Shown: positions 26,077 to 36,468, counted from the first letter of the stretch. The stretch is DNA of 55,723 nt from a virus (IMGVR_UViG_3300025389_000003:1-55723), one strand, 5' to 3'. Translations and numbers: made by a program. The notes: generated from the letters alone by a model not told the origin.

Positions 26077-27171
26077 TCAATCATTTCCAGTTGTAATTGG
26101 AGTTGTGTCAGTTGGCGCCAAAGTACCAGAACCACCTGTTGCCTCATTGGTTACATTATCGCCAGTTGCCCAATTGTTTGAGCTTGTACCAGTAACATTA
26201 GAACCAAAAAGAGAGTTATAAGCAGATTGAAGACCACTAGACAAGTTTTGATAAGGGGCAGAATTTGCAATTGGGTTTCCATTTTTATCATATTGTGGAG
26301 TAAAGAACCCTGCTGATCCAGTAAGCAATCCACCCAAAGTAGACAATGGAGAAGCTTGTGCAGTCGTTGTAGTGGTTGTTGGTACATTGTATCCACGCAA
26401 CAAGCCTGACAATGTAGACAAGTTTGTTAATGGGAACAACTGTTGATTCTGTGCAATAGTTTGTTGCTGGCCACCTAAAGTAGACAAAGCATTGATGTCT
26501 GCCAATCCAAGTGCTTGGTTCTGACCTGCAAGGTTAGCTTGTTGTTGACCAAGAGCTGTGAGGTTTTGTTGATTTGCAGAAGCTTGATTTCCAGCAATTT
26601 GCCCCAATTGGCCTTGTAATGCATTTTGTTGTTGAGCAGTTGTGAGCGCTGTGTTATATCCACTATTAAGCAATTGACCAATTTGGTTGTTCAAGTCTTG
26701 ATTCGCACCACTGATCACTTGACCGAGAACCTGAGCGCCACGTTGTGAACCAAATTGACCTGAGCCCACAGCGCTAGAAGTGGCTTGTGGAGCTAGATTC
26801 TGCTGAATATTGCGTTGTGCAATATCAGACATGTTGTTGATTACTGAATTGATATAGGGGCTCATGTAGCCCTGAGCCTGTTGTGCAGGGCTCTGACCTG
26901 CTGCAGCCAAGTAATTTGCTCCAGCAGCCAAGGGTGATGTCACACCACCTGCGCTAGTCAACGTTTGACCTGCTTGCTGTAATGTTGGCTGATAGGCACT
27001 TGCTGCAGTTCCTACGTTCTCAAATGCCTGTTGTTGTAAAGGCTGAGCACCAACGTATTGTGCATTTTGAGCTGCGTTTGCGCCCTGAGAAGCAATATTA
27101 CTCAGGTAGTCCGTGTAATACGATGGTGCGGTCGTTGCTTGCGTTTGTGATGACTGAAGTAGATTTGCCAT
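26077..27171 (-). CDS. Putative DNA pilot/ejection protein
   Basis: Gln/Ala-rich; YMSPY...V, G.FGS.R, LG.QQQ...Q. Confidence 0.6.
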   Translation of the reverse strand: MANLLQSSQTQATTAPSYYTDYLSNIASQGANAAQNAQYVGAQPLQQQAFENVGTAASAYQPTLQQAGQTLTSAGGVTSPLAAGANYLAAAGQSPAQQAQGYMSPYINSVINNMSDIAQRNIQQNLAPQATSSAVGSGQFGSQRGAQVLGQVISGANQDLNNQIGQLLNSGYNTALTTAQQQNALQGQLGQIAGNQASANQQNLTALGQQQANLAGQNQALGLADINALSTLGGQQQTIAQNQQLFPLTNLSTLSGLLRGYNVPTTTTTTAQASPLSTLGGLLTGSAGFFTPQYDKNGNPIANSAPYQNLSSGLQSAYNSLFGSNVTGTSSNNWATGDNVTNEATGGSGTLAPTDTTPITTGND

Positions 27172-27173
27172 TT

Positions 27174-29507
27174 TTATCCTTTCGCCATCTTGAGATAGTC
27201 AAGAGGTGATTTTGCTTTCGGTGGTATTTTTGTGTCAGGAGCACTTCTCTTGTGTGCGCGTAGCTCTTCACGCATTTTATCCAATAATTTCGATCCTAGC
27301 TTGTTGTCTCCGCCACCTATGGCAGTCACAAAACTAGCTGGAAACACATACTCTCCATCAGCAATCTTGGCGGGGACAGGATTCCCACCAACTGCCATTT
27401 TGTGAGGTATTTCGTGATGAAACTTACTCAAAACTTGTGCGCCTGCTTTGCTTGATCCGTCACCAAAAGAGGCTACCGTGTCAGCATCCATCACATAGTC
27501 TCCATCGTGGAGCATGGCTGGTATATCGTCGCTTTGGCCAGTTCCTTTGCCGTTGGCATAGTATCCAGTCAAGCCTGTGATGAATTCAGGATTGTGGCCC
27601 TTTGGAGCCGCTTCCTTATAGTGGTCAGGCAAACCCCCATGCGCTAAAGCATTAGTGGGTTGCGCGTCCCTTCTGATGCCTTGCTTTAGATATTTTAAAG
27701 GACTTAAAGTTGCCGCCTGTCCTATGCCAATTGATCCTTGAACTGGTGCAGCACTTAATAATCTTGGGGCAGATATGTTGGCACTTGGTTGATTGGCTAA
27801 AAAAGCTTTGTATGCATCTGATAATGCAGTTCCACCATCGGCCATAGTTAAAAACTTTTCAGCTACTTCAGGTTGATTCATCTTAATCTCTTTATTAAGT
27901 TCTGCCAAATCAGCTTGGGATACTTGTGTGGGCTGTTCTTGCGCTTGCGTAGGCTGAGACATAACTTTTGCCAACTCAGGATCAAGTTGATCAAAAATTT
28001 GTTTCAGGGCCTGTAAGTGAGCAGGATTTCCATACACAGGAGCGCCTGCCAACATGGTCGCAACCATGGGCAACCCAGTTGAACTAGTAGTTCCACCTGA
28101 CAGGGGTGAACTTGATGCCGTTGAAGTGGTTGAAGTTGATGTCTTGGTGGCAGGGGTTGTTGTTTTTGTGGTTGTTGGAGTTTTTGTTGTGTCAGTAACA
28201 ACTGCAGGGGTTACCACATTGTCAGTTGTATCTTTTTTTGCAACAACAGTAACTGGATTCAATTTAACAGCATTTGGGTCTTCAACAACAGTATTGTCAC
28301 TAACTGTGTTGTCAATTCCACTAGAACCAACAACAGTAACTGGTTGTAATTGTGTCGCATTAGGATCAGCTATGACCGCGTCATCAGGAGTTGTTGCGTT
28401 TTTCTTGGCCGTAATAGTAACTTTTCCAAGAGGACTGTTTGCATCACTTGTATTCGTAGAGCTTACTGTGTAATCAGTTGGATCAGTGCTTTTTGCAGTG
28501 ATTTGAACATTGCTAAGTGGACTATCTGAGCTTGGGCTAGTAGCAACAGTTTGACTTGTATCTGTGGCTAAAGGTGAGGTAGTTGTAGAAGTTTGGTCTG
28601 TAGGTGTAGATACATTACCCTGTGAGACTTGGTTTTTATACTCTTCACGCCCTGCGGCTATGGCCAAGTTAATTGCCACTTGAGTGGCTGGCTGACCAGC
28701 CAACACGCCACCTATGATTTTGGAAACAGCAATTTGTCCTGAAGGACTTAAATTCTGAATGCCTGGTATTTGATCAGTGATTGCAGATACGCCACCACTG
28801 ATCCCACCTGCCATCAATGCAGTTAAAGGATCTGCTTTACCTTGGGATGAAATTTCTGCTGCAGTCAAAGATCTGGCGGCTCCAGCACCTGCGCCTTGAA
28901 GTGCTTCTCCCAACAAACTAGGGTCTTCGCCTAAAGTTGATCCTATGGCCTTACCTACAGTTTGACCTGCCGCATTGCCTGCAGTGGAGGCCAGATACGA
29001 AAGCGCTCCAGATGTAGCTGCTTTTGTTAAGTCTCCTGTCTGCGCATAAGTATCGGCTGCAGAGACATAAGGCAATAAGGTTGGGTCGATGATTGAAGCC
29101 GCAATCATTGGGATTGGACCTAAATCCCTAGCGATGTTTCCAATAAAACCGCCCTTAGATCCGCCTGTGTATGTGACTTGCGTGCTTGGATCGGTAACGG
29201 GTTGCACTGCTCCCGTATTGGGATCAACACGAACAAATGTGTTCATGGTTCCACCAGTAGAACCAGACATAATTGCGTATACGTTTGGCGCTACTTGTTG
29301 GATATTTCCATTGATGAAATTACCTTGTCCATCAATTAAACCTGTTGATGTAATTGAATTTCCGTTGTCATCAACGCCACCAGTAATCGTGCCGATCTTG
29401 GCTTGACCAGTTTGGATAGCGTTATAGGTATCATCAAAGGTCTGACTAGCCGTAGACCAAATGTCTTGCGCTAATGGTGACGATGATGCGTTGGCTGTTG
29501 TGCTCAT
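27174..29507 (-). CDS. Large virion/ejection protein with duplicated C-terminal 'G.G..SD.IPA.L.DGEYV' module
   Basis: 777 aa; Gly/Ala hydrophobic region, Thr-rich linker, MADGG/LAHGG/MAVGG motifs. Confidence 0.6.
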   Translation of the reverse strand: MSTTANASSSPLAQDIWSTASQTFDDTYNAIQTGQAKIGTITGGVDDNGNSITSTGLIDGQGNFINGNIQQVAPNVYAIMSGSTGGTMNTFVRVDPNTGAVQPVTDPSTQVTYTGGSKGGFIGNIARDLGPIPMIAASIIDPTLLPYVSAADTYAQTGDLTKAATSGALSYLASTAGNAAGQTVGKAIGSTLGEDPSLLGEALQGAGAGAARSLTAAEISSQGKADPLTALMAGGISGGVSAITDQIPGIQNLSPSGQIAVSKIIGGVLAGQPATQVAINLAIAAGREEYKNQVSQGNVSTPTDQTSTTTSPLATDTSQTVATSPSSDSPLSNVQITAKSTDPTDYTVSSTNTSDANSPLGKVTITAKKNATTPDDAVIADPNATQLQPVTVVGSSGIDNTVSDNTVVEDPNAVKLNPVTVVAKKDTTDNVVTPAVVTDTTKTPTTTKTTTPATKTSTSTTSTASSSPLSGGTTSSTGLPMVATMLAGAPVYGNPAHLQALKQIFDQLDPELAKVMSQPTQAQEQPTQVSQADLAELNKEIKMNQPEVAEKFLTMADGGTALSDAYKAFLANQPSANISAPRLLSAAPVQGSIGIGQAATLSPLKYLKQGIRRDAQPTNALAHGGLPDHYKEAAPKGHNPEFITGLTGYYANGKGTGQSDDIPAMLHDGDYVMDADTVASFGDGSSKAGAQVLSKFHHEIPHKMAVGGNPVPAKIADGEYVFPASFVTAIGGGDNKLGSKLLDKMREELRAHKRSAPDTKIPPKAKSPLDYLKMAKG
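28075..28087. promoter_or_regulatory. 13-bp palindrome site CCAGTTGAACTAG
   Basis: Perfect match. Confidence 0.8.
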
Positions 29508-30926
29508 TTAAGTGGTCTTTTTAGTCAATGCTTGCTTGGCATTCAGGTAATCTGTTGTTGAGATTAAACCTGATTTATATGCTGAGTCTAAAGCCGCAGC
29601 ATTTGTTGTATCAACTTGTCCTTTAGCATTGAATGGATTGACATATTTGCTTTGCCCATAGGTATAAGTTGTAACTTGATTGGTAGGAGGCAATAAATGA
29701 GCTGCTTGTGCTCCGGCTGCTGGAAGGGTTTGATATCCAGCACCACCACCCGCCGTGTACGCCATTTGCTGACCAGTTCTTGGATCAGTGTACATAATCA
29801 CTGGAGTGTTATAGCCATTTATTCCATACGTGTATGAAGTGCCTTTAGGTACCCCAGCTTGTGCTGCTAGAGAATCAGCAGGCGCTTGTGGATTTAATGC
29901 TGAATTAAACATATTGACTGCACTTATTGGGCTTATTCCTGCTGTCTTGGCATAAAGATCTGGCGTCACCCCTGCATTGGCCAATACACTCATATTTTTG
30001 TAATTGGAACTATTGGGAGTGGCTGACAACACACTCGATAAAGCACCAAATTGATTTTGGGTTTGATCATCTGCTTGACCATTTAAAATTGAATTGGCGC
30101 TAACATTTTTTTGAGACGCTAATGTATTTGCAACATTGTTAGCTGTGTTGATTCCAGAAATATTGTTAACAGGTATTCCATTGAATAATTTATATTCAAG
30201 AGTTCCAACATCTGGTAAGTTTGCTAGGTTATATCCAACTTTGTTTGCTTCTTGAATAATTTTTGATTCATCAGGTAGGGTATACCCACCATAACCTTGT
30301 GTTGCGTTTTGTTGCAGATAATTCATGAATGCTTTAGATGGATCAATCCCTTCAGCAGTATTGAAGTTTTGTAATGTGCTTTCATACTGATTTGGATTTT
30401 GTGAAGCAAGCACTCCCAAATTACTATAAATATCAGATGCATTTATGCCAGAACTTTTTGTATATCCACTAACAGCATTTGCTATATCGGAAGAAGAAGC
30501 ATTAGGATGCGCAGCAATCCAATTTTGAATGTCTGTTTGAACTTGGAAATTTTGAGAAGGATTCGGACTTGTACTGCCAGAATTTAATCCTTGAATGGTA
30601 TTTTGTACACCTTGCAACTGGGTCAAAGGTGATGTTTGTGTTGCAGTATTAGAGGTATTTGCAGTAGTTGCAGTCAATGGTGAATTAGATGTGCTTGTAT
30701 TTGCTGTTTGTGCGCCAGTGTTGCCAATTAAATTGTTGTAAGTAGAGTTAACTGTTGCAACATCAGTTCCATAGTGATTTGCCAAAGCTTGCGCAATTTC
30801 AGGCGTCATCCCACCTTGCGTACTAATTGTGTTTGCAAGTTGCGCTTGTGTAACGTTGGGATTACTTGTGAAATAATTATTCACAAGATTTTGAAATGAT
30901 GGATCTACTGATGTTGTCGTTGTCAT
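29508..30926 (-). CDS. Asn/Thr/Gln-rich putative virion protein
   Basis: 472 aa; two related units (NNYFTSNPNVTQAQLA and QNWIAAHPNASSSDIA). Confidence 0.55.
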   Translation of the reverse strand: MTTTTSVDPSFQNLVNNYFTSNPNVTQAQLANTISTQGGMTPEIAQALANHYGTDVATVNSTYNNLIGNTGAQTANTSTSNSPLTATTANTSNTATQTSPLTQLQGVQNTIQGLNSGSTSPNPSQNFQVQTDIQNWIAAHPNASSSDIANAVSGYTKSSGINASDIYSNLGVLASQNPNQYESTLQNFNTAEGIDPSKAFMNYLQQNATQGYGGYTLPDESKIIQEANKVGYNLANLPDVGTLEYKLFNGIPVNNISGINTANNVANTLASQKNVSANSILNGQADDQTQNQFGALSSVLSATPNSSNYKNMSVLANAGVTPDLYAKTAGISPISAVNMFNSALNPQAPADSLAAQAGVPKGTSYTYGINGYNTPVIMYTDPRTGQQMAYTAGGGAGYQTLPAAGAQAAHLLPPTNQVTTYTYGQSKYVNPFNAKGQVDTTNAAALDSAYKSGLISTTDYLNAKQALTKKTT

Positions 30927-30927
30927 G

Positions 30928-31158
30928 TTAATTCCCTAAAGTCATAATTCCACACATGGCCTCAGCCCATTCATTCCATTTTGAATACAAGCGGTGATCA
31001 GGTATTCCTGATTGCACAAAGTATCCAATACCATTCACACCGTCTACCCAAGTTCTCCACTCTTCTTCAGGCAGATGCCCCAACTGATTCGGAGCAAACA
31101 ACTCCTCCATCAGCTTGCAATACATGTCCCAAGTCATTCCTCTCGGATCATACGTCAC
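30928..31158 (-). CDS. Small tail-module protein
   Basis: 76 aa, Trp-rich (DPRGMTW...W..W...W.EWA); GTGA overlap with the HNH stop. Confidence 0.7.
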   Translation of the reverse strand: MTYDPRGMTWDMYCKLMEELFAPNQLGHLPEEEWRTWVDGVNGIGYFVQSGIPDHRLYSKWNEWAEAMCGIMTLGN

Positions 31159-31664
31159 CAAAGTCGATTCCCCTTAGCAGAATTTTCTGCACCAGTAATA
31201 ACTTGCAAATTCCATGGAACATGCAAACCAGAAACCGTTTTTCCTTGGAGAGGAACAATATGGTCAACCTCGTAGTCTAAGCCTATTGAACGAAGCGAAG
31301 CGCAATACTTGTAAATGCATTCCATCTCAAAATCTTGGCCTGCATTTAACCAAAATGGCGTTCGTTTTAATCTTGCGTATCTTCTTTTTGCTGTGTTGAT
31401 ATTTACTAAATCAACATTAAGTTTTTTCCATTTTTTTCTATGTTCTTGATGTTTATCTTTATTTTCTTGATTCCATTTTATTGCTGTTGCAATTTTTTTA
31501 TCTGGTTTACTTGCATAAAAATTTTTATCATGCTCAAGGCCACAATCTACACACATCCAATTAGAAACTCTTCTTTCGGATACATGACCTTTAACACATG
31601 GTTTACCAGTAAAGTATCTGATTAAACCTTGTTTTTTTGCATCTAATCTTGAAATTATCATCAT
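31155..31664 (-). CDS. HNH homing endonuclease
   Basis: YFTGKPC..GH..ER...C..C, VDHIVPL.G..VSGLHVPWNLQVI...EN..K.N. Confidence 0.9.
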   Translation of the reverse strand: MMIISRLDAKKQGLIRYFTGKPCVKGHVSERRVSNWMCVDCGLEHDKNFYASKPDKKIATAIKWNQENKDKHQEHRKKWKKLNVDLVNINTAKRRYARLKRTPFWLNAGQDFEMECIYKYCASLRSIGLDYEVDHIVPLQGKTVSGLHVPWNLQVITGAENSAKGNRLW

Positions 31665-33652
31665 GGGTTTCCAGTACCTCTGACATCACCAGTTTCAATG
31701 CTAAGAATAATTTTTCCGACTTGGTAGTCACCATTAAAAGTATTGCTCTCAAACCTTAAACGCATCTCACGACGCTGTTCACGCATGTCAATTTTAAGAG
31801 TTGTTGGATCAAATGTATAAGGGTCTGATGGGCGGTCTATGTCATCCGCATAACCCTTACCCGTCACAATCACATCCATCTGTCCAGTTTGGATGAAGTC
31901 AGGCTCAACGCGCTCGCATCGTGTCCACATGTTCTCGCCTGGTCCTTGAGTTGAGCCAACTAGCCCTGCACTTGATCCCAAAACAGGTGTCTCAAATGCT
32001 GAATAAATTGCATCAACATGAGTCAAGTATGTTTGATTTTTACCAGTCTCATGTTGCCAAATCGTGTAGCCGTTTACAGTCATCAACTCGCCGGACACGC
32101 TTGTACTTGTAGGATTGTAAACTGTATAGGTTCCTGTGCCTCCAGTACCGCTTCCAAGCGCTGTAATCACCATTTGGTCAGGAACACCTGCGCCTTGGAT
32201 GATTTGTCCTACAGCCAAAGATCCAAAAACCATCGAAGAGACTGTCAATGTAGTGCCTGAAACCGACCCTTGAAACTCAACAATTGTGTTGGGATTGTAG
32301 TCACCCCATATGGGTTTGGGAAACACTTCAGTAAACCACCCTGCTGATCTTTGCGCTCCAGGTGCAGATCCTGCGTCATACCACACCTTTTCACGCACGT
32401 TATAGATGATGGCATCGGTACATTCAGTGGCGTCACCTCTTGGATAGAACCACCAAATTTCACCAAAACGAGGCACTTTACTGGCCCAAACCTTTTGGCG
32501 TTGAGAAAGGTTGATGTTGTCAAAGAAATAGTTTTGGTTCATGGTATTGGGTATCTCTTGTACAACACCGTTGTACATCAAAAAACGATCAACACCTGCC
32601 CAGTAATAAATTCCATCGTACTCGATCACAGAGCTAGAGGACATAATTGAACTCTGTTGAGTGATCAAGTCATAGCGCCAATAGAACGTAGAAGACGTAG
32701 TTCCTGTGGTCACCGTAGTGGGTGTGTAGGACACGCGTATCACGCTATCAAGCGACCAAAACAGCCCGGCAGGAGAGGTAGTACCACCACGCAGTGGCAA
32801 GCCCTTCACAATCTTTGTAGAGGCCACGTTGTTGGCATTTGCGTCAGCGCTAGTCCAGTTGTTGAAGTCGCCTGCAGCGCAGTTTTGTATCAAACCATTG
32901 TTGCCATAAACAAACAAGTAAGGGTATAACATTACAACTCCACCGCTTACCGAGATGTTGTTGTCAAACGTCAATGTGGCTGAGCCTGATGCCGTCGCAG
33001 GCAAACTCAAGACAACCGTCCAAACCCCAGCCACTAAAGAAGACGAGACTATGGTTGTGCCTGCTTGTATGCCTGTGCCTGAAACCGATACACCAGGCCC
33101 CATGGCCACATTAGTAGTCGCAAACGTAACACTAGTTGAACTAGTAGTGGTAGTTCCTACTGCGGTAAAAACACCGATTGGGGCTAATGATGTGCCTGTA
33201 AATTGGCCATACAAGGGACGAGTATTGGTGGTACTTGTGATGTACTGAAGATTCTGACCGGGGTGCGCAATCAACTGTAATGTTCCACCGCCCGTGGAGT
33301 CATACCCGATGTCAAACTGCCAAAGATTGGTTGCGTTGGGTGTGAAATAAGAAGAACTAATTGAGAATGGAGTTGGGCCAGTTCCAATCGCTGTCACGTT
33401 GTTGGTCACCCATTGCTGAAGACCTGCACTGTATCCTGAGATGATATAGTTCAAGCCATTTGTGGCGCTCATGATAAGCCCTCTTGAGGCTCCAGAAGCA
33501 TTCAAAAATGCGCCTGAGTAACCGCCTATCTTTCTAGGCAATCCACGCTGAAAGCGCACCCACTGGCCGTCCACGTAGGAAGCTGCAGCGAACTGCGTAC
33601 CATCGCGCTGAATCCCTGCGGGTACCGTAAGTGATAGGACTTTAGCGGTCAA
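31661..33652 (-). CDS. Tail nozzle / DNA-stabilisation protein (P22 gp10-like, tentative)
   Basis: 663 aa; DG.WVRF.RG.P.KIGG, F.EIWWFYP, YN..E..WY, R...R...LRFES. Confidence 0.6.
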   Translation of the reverse strand: MTAKVLSLTVPAGIQRDGTQFAAASYVDGQWVRFQRGLPRKIGGYSGAFLNASGASRGLIMSATNGLNYIISGYSAGLQQWVTNNVTAIGTGPTPFSISSSYFTPNATNLWQFDIGYDSTGGGTLQLIAHPGQNLQYITSTTNTRPLYGQFTGTSLAPIGVFTAVGTTTTSSTSVTFATTNVAMGPGVSVSGTGIQAGTTIVSSSLVAGVWTVVLSLPATASGSATLTFDNNISVSGGVVMLYPYLFVYGNNGLIQNCAAGDFNNWTSADANANNVASTKIVKGLPLRGGTTSPAGLFWSLDSVIRVSYTPTTVTTGTTSSTFYWRYDLITQQSSIMSSSSVIEYDGIYYWAGVDRFLMYNGVVQEIPNTMNQNYFFDNINLSQRQKVWASKVPRFGEIWWFYPRGDATECTDAIIYNVREKVWYDAGSAPGAQRSAGWFTEVFPKPIWGDYNPNTIVEFQGSVSGTTLTVSSMVFGSLAVGQIIQGAGVPDQMVITALGSGTGGTGTYTVYNPTSTSVSGELMTVNGYTIWQHETGKNQTYLTHVDAIYSAFETPVLGSSAGLVGSTQGPGENMWTRCERVEPDFIQTGQMDVIVTGKGYADDIDRPSDPYTFDPTTLKIDMREQRREMRLRFESNTFNGDYQVGKIILSIETGDVRGTGNP
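33132..33144. promoter_or_regulatory. 13-bp palindrome site CTAGTTGAACTAG
   Basis: Perfect match; extends to the 15-bp palindrome ACTAGTTGAACTAGT. Confidence 0.8.
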
Positions 33653-34878
33653 AACGTGCCTCCACTAAGACCGTTGACCACATACAAGCCTGAAGAACTA
33701 ATGACCATGGCTTGTGAACCAGACACTGTAAATCCAATCTGTGCAGAACTTGGCAAGTACATGCCAGTGCTTAGGTTAGATTGGAAGTTTAATGAAGGGT
33801 TGGACGCTGAACCTGGCGACAAAGTGATGGATGAACTACTGTTTGCGCTACTAGAAACAGCAACCACATTTGTGCCGTCGCAAACTAGAGCATACGTCGC
33901 ACCACTTGGAATGTTTACCGTTGCGCCACCGCTAACCGATGTTTTAAATGTAAGTGTGTATGTGCCAGTGGTTGAGTTTGTGATTACATAAAACTGAACC
34001 GTTTGAGGAACAATCACATTTGTGTTTTGACTTATTGTTCCAGTAAAGTTTTGAAGCACATAAGAAGCTTGTGTTGCAGTCAGAGTGATGGTTGCGCCTG
34101 CGCCTGTTACCGAAATTTGCTCTTGGGTAAATGCAAATACAGCACTTTGTCCATAACCCCAAGAAGCAAATCCACCAGTACCTTCAGAGACTAAGTAAAA
34201 AGACTCGCCAATTTGCAATTGAAATGTGCTATTTCCATCAATCGTGTCAGTACCTTGAGTGGCAATAGTCAAAACGCCAGTTCCATTGTTCTTGACAATT
34301 GTGTACCAACCAGAGCCTACGGCTGAGGATGATGGCAATGTGATTGTGCCTGCACCACCGCCCCAGACTGAAATCTGCGATTGTGCAGTGGACATCATTG
34401 TGAACCCACTGTAGTAGGTCACAATGGGTGTAATTGTATTGAGTGTTGTTCCTATGGCTTCTAAACCATATCCAACCAATGAGGACGCATTTGCCACAGA
34501 AGTGCTTGCACCAAACTGAACGAAGGCCCAAGTACCGTTTGTGGTTGTGTTGTCAGTTAGATAGACATAGTAAGCAAGACCAGAAGCAATCGAGACAATC
34601 GTTGTGGTTCCATCATTCTTGACAACCGTGAATGGGTTTGTATTTCCAACATTCTTGATCAAAAAAGATTGACCTGTGGAGACTTGAGTCGCTGCAGGCA
34701 GTATCAACTTCAGCCCACCTGTTGTGGCCGTCACTTCGATGATGTTAGCCACAACGCCTGAAGTGGTGCCATTTACAGGCCACTGTAGTGTGGTGTTGGT
34801 GCTGATTGATAGGCTTTCATAACCAACCTGAGAAGGGCTGATCGTTGAGCCTGTGTATGGGTTCGTATAATAAGTCAT
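33649..34878 (-). CDS. Tail fibre/spike-like protein
   Basis: 409 aa Ser/Thr/Gly-rich beta repeats (TITLP...GW...VKN.G.G..TI); ends LSGGTF. Confidence 0.65.
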   Translation of the reverse strand: MTYYTNPYTGSTISPSQVGYESLSISTNTTLQWPVNGTTSGVVANIIEVTATTGGLKLILPAATQVSTGQSFLIKNVGNTNPFTVVKNDGTTTIVSIASGLAYYVYLTDNTTTNGTWAFVQFGASTSVANASSLVGYGLEAIGTTLNTITPIVTYYSGFTMMSTAQSQISVWGGGAGTITLPSSSAVGSGWYTIVKNNGTGVLTIATQGTDTIDGNSTFQLQIGESFYLVSEGTGGFASWGYGQSAVFAFTQEQISVTGAGATITLTATQASYVLQNFTGTISQNTNVIVPQTVQFYVITNSTTGTYTLTFKTSVSGGATVNIPSGATYALVCDGTNVVAVSSSANSSSSITLSPGSASNPSLNFQSNLSTGMYLPSSAQIGFTVSGSQAMVISSSGLYVVNGLSGGTF

Positions 34879-35384
34879 GCTAATTCCTTTTTAGCCGCTT
34901 CTCTGGCTTTTCTAATTACCCAAGCTGCTCTCAATTTTGCTTTTTGTTCTTCAGCCATCGGGATACCCTTTTTATAACTTGGTTTGCCTTTTTTTGCTTT
35001 ACTAATGGCTTCGCCAACTTTTTTTCTTAATTCTTCGTTTTCATAAGTTTTTTTATTTGATTCTTTTAATTTTTTCTTATGTTCATTATTTTTTTTCATG
35101 CCTAAAGTTCCATCACCACCATCGGTCATGTTATATCCATTTGGCATCTTTGTATTTTTTTCAGAAATTAAAAGACGTTCAATTATTTTTGCAGATTCTG
35201 CATCAAAAGCATCTGCTACGTGCGTAAATACAAATGCATCTACACCATATTTTTTAATGGCTTTATGAATTAGTTGCCCCTCATTGGCATTACGATGGCG
35301 TTTCCACCGACGTTCCAAATCAGATGCAATACCAACATATTGTTTGGCATTTACAGTGTTTGTAATAACGTAAATTGCATACAT
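34875..35384 (-). CDS. GIY-YIG homing endonuclease
   Basis: IYVITN..N.KQYVG, RW..H, AIKKYG, E, GYN.T.GG; basic NUMOD3-like tail. Confidence 0.9.
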   Translation of the reverse strand: MYAIYVITNTVNAKQYVGIASDLERRWKRHRNANEGQLIHKAIKKYGVDAFVFTHVADAFDAESAKIIERLLISEKNTKMPNGYNMTDGGDGTLGMKKNNEHKKKLKESNKKTYENEELRKKVGEAISKAKKGKPSYKKGIPMAEEQKAKLRAAWVIRKAREAAKKELA

Positions 35385-35386
35385 GT

Positions 35387-36052
35387 TTAGCTATCCACGG
35401 CAACAGATTGACGATCTCCAACTCTAGATACATCCTCAGCTTTCAAGGCTTGTAAGGCTTCTTGATACTTCTGTTGGAAGATCTGACGTTGGTCATTTTT
35501 TAGGAAAGGCATGGCTTGTAACAACGTGCCAAACAACATTGCATTCGGTGCATTCTGAGTCAGCCAGTTTGTTTGGTTGGTCGAGCTCAAAGGCTGAATG
35601 CGCTCATAGTACAACACTTCAAAATTGTATGACTGATCAGGTGTTGGTGCGACATACCAAAAGTCCCAACTTGTGTCTGAATAAAACAAAGGAGGAGCTG
35701 TTTGTGTATTGACTGGCCAATAGTTGGTCAGGTACTCATACTTGCGCAACAAAATAGGATTGCGGTTGCCACTGCTATCGGTGTAGTTCATAGACACCGT
35801 CTTGCGCCATCTAGCAGGCTTTTGAATGACTGGGTTGCCAGCGGTCATCTGCGCCTCCACAATTTGCAACTGACCCAAGGTCTTGATCTCTTGCGCAATC
35901 TCAAACTCTGCAAGAGTGATGAACGTGGGTATTGCGTTGATGGTCGCAGTATCAGATCGTTCCAAGTATTGTGGAACAATCGCAATTAGATTATCGTAGG
36001 TCAGTACCCACGAATTTGGATTAGCAGGTGTTGTTACAAGGGTTGTGGTCAT
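35387..36052 (-). CDS. Head-tail adaptor-like virion protein
   Basis: TY..L...V..YLER.D, IP.FI.LAE, APTPD..Y..E..YY, TNWL..NAP..LL.G.L. Confidence 0.65.
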   Translation of the reverse strand: MTTTLVTTPANPNSWVLTYDNLIAIVPQYLERSDTATINAIPTFITLAEFEIAQEIKTLGQLQIVEAQMTAGNPVIQKPARWRKTVSMNYTDSSGNRNPILLRKYEYLTNYWPVNTQTAPPLFYSDTSWDFWYVAPTPDQSYNFEVLYYERIQPLSSTNQTNWLTQNAPNAMLFGTLLQAMPFLKNDQRQIFQQKYQEALQALKAEDVSRVGDRQSVAVDS

Positions 36053-36192
36053 GTTTTCCCCATTATTTAACCTATTTTCCCACTCATTGCAAGGACTCGC
36101 AACTGCCCAAATAAAAGTCTAAAACTACACATTTTTTAAAAAAATGTCACAATCAGTCGACACAATGAAGTTTTAACCCAAGGAGCTCCACC

Positions 36193-36468
36193 ATGCAATA
36201 CGAAGTGAAAATTGAAGACTTTACCGCTGACGTAGAAATCGAAATTAAATCAACCGATTTTGACTTGATTTCTGAGATTCAAATGGCCATCGCACAAGCT
36301 ATCGAAGATCACAAAGATGTTGATTTAGATAACTTGTTCGAAGAAGATGAAGATGAAGACAACGAAGGCGATGAGCAAGAAGACGATGTTCTTGAAGAAG
36401 ACGACAACACGATTGTTATAGATGACAATCCTGATACTAGGACGACCATCACCATTCATCGCGTTTGA
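36193..36468 (+). CDS. Highly acidic small protein in its own transcription unit
   Basis: 91 aa, roughly one third or more Asp/Glu; AAGGAG RBS; own terminator. Confidence 0.75.
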   Translation: MQYEVKIEDFTADVEIEIKSTDFDLISEIQMAIAQAIEDHKDVDLDNLFEEDEDEDNEGDEQEDDVLEEDDNTIVIDDNPDTRTTITIHRV

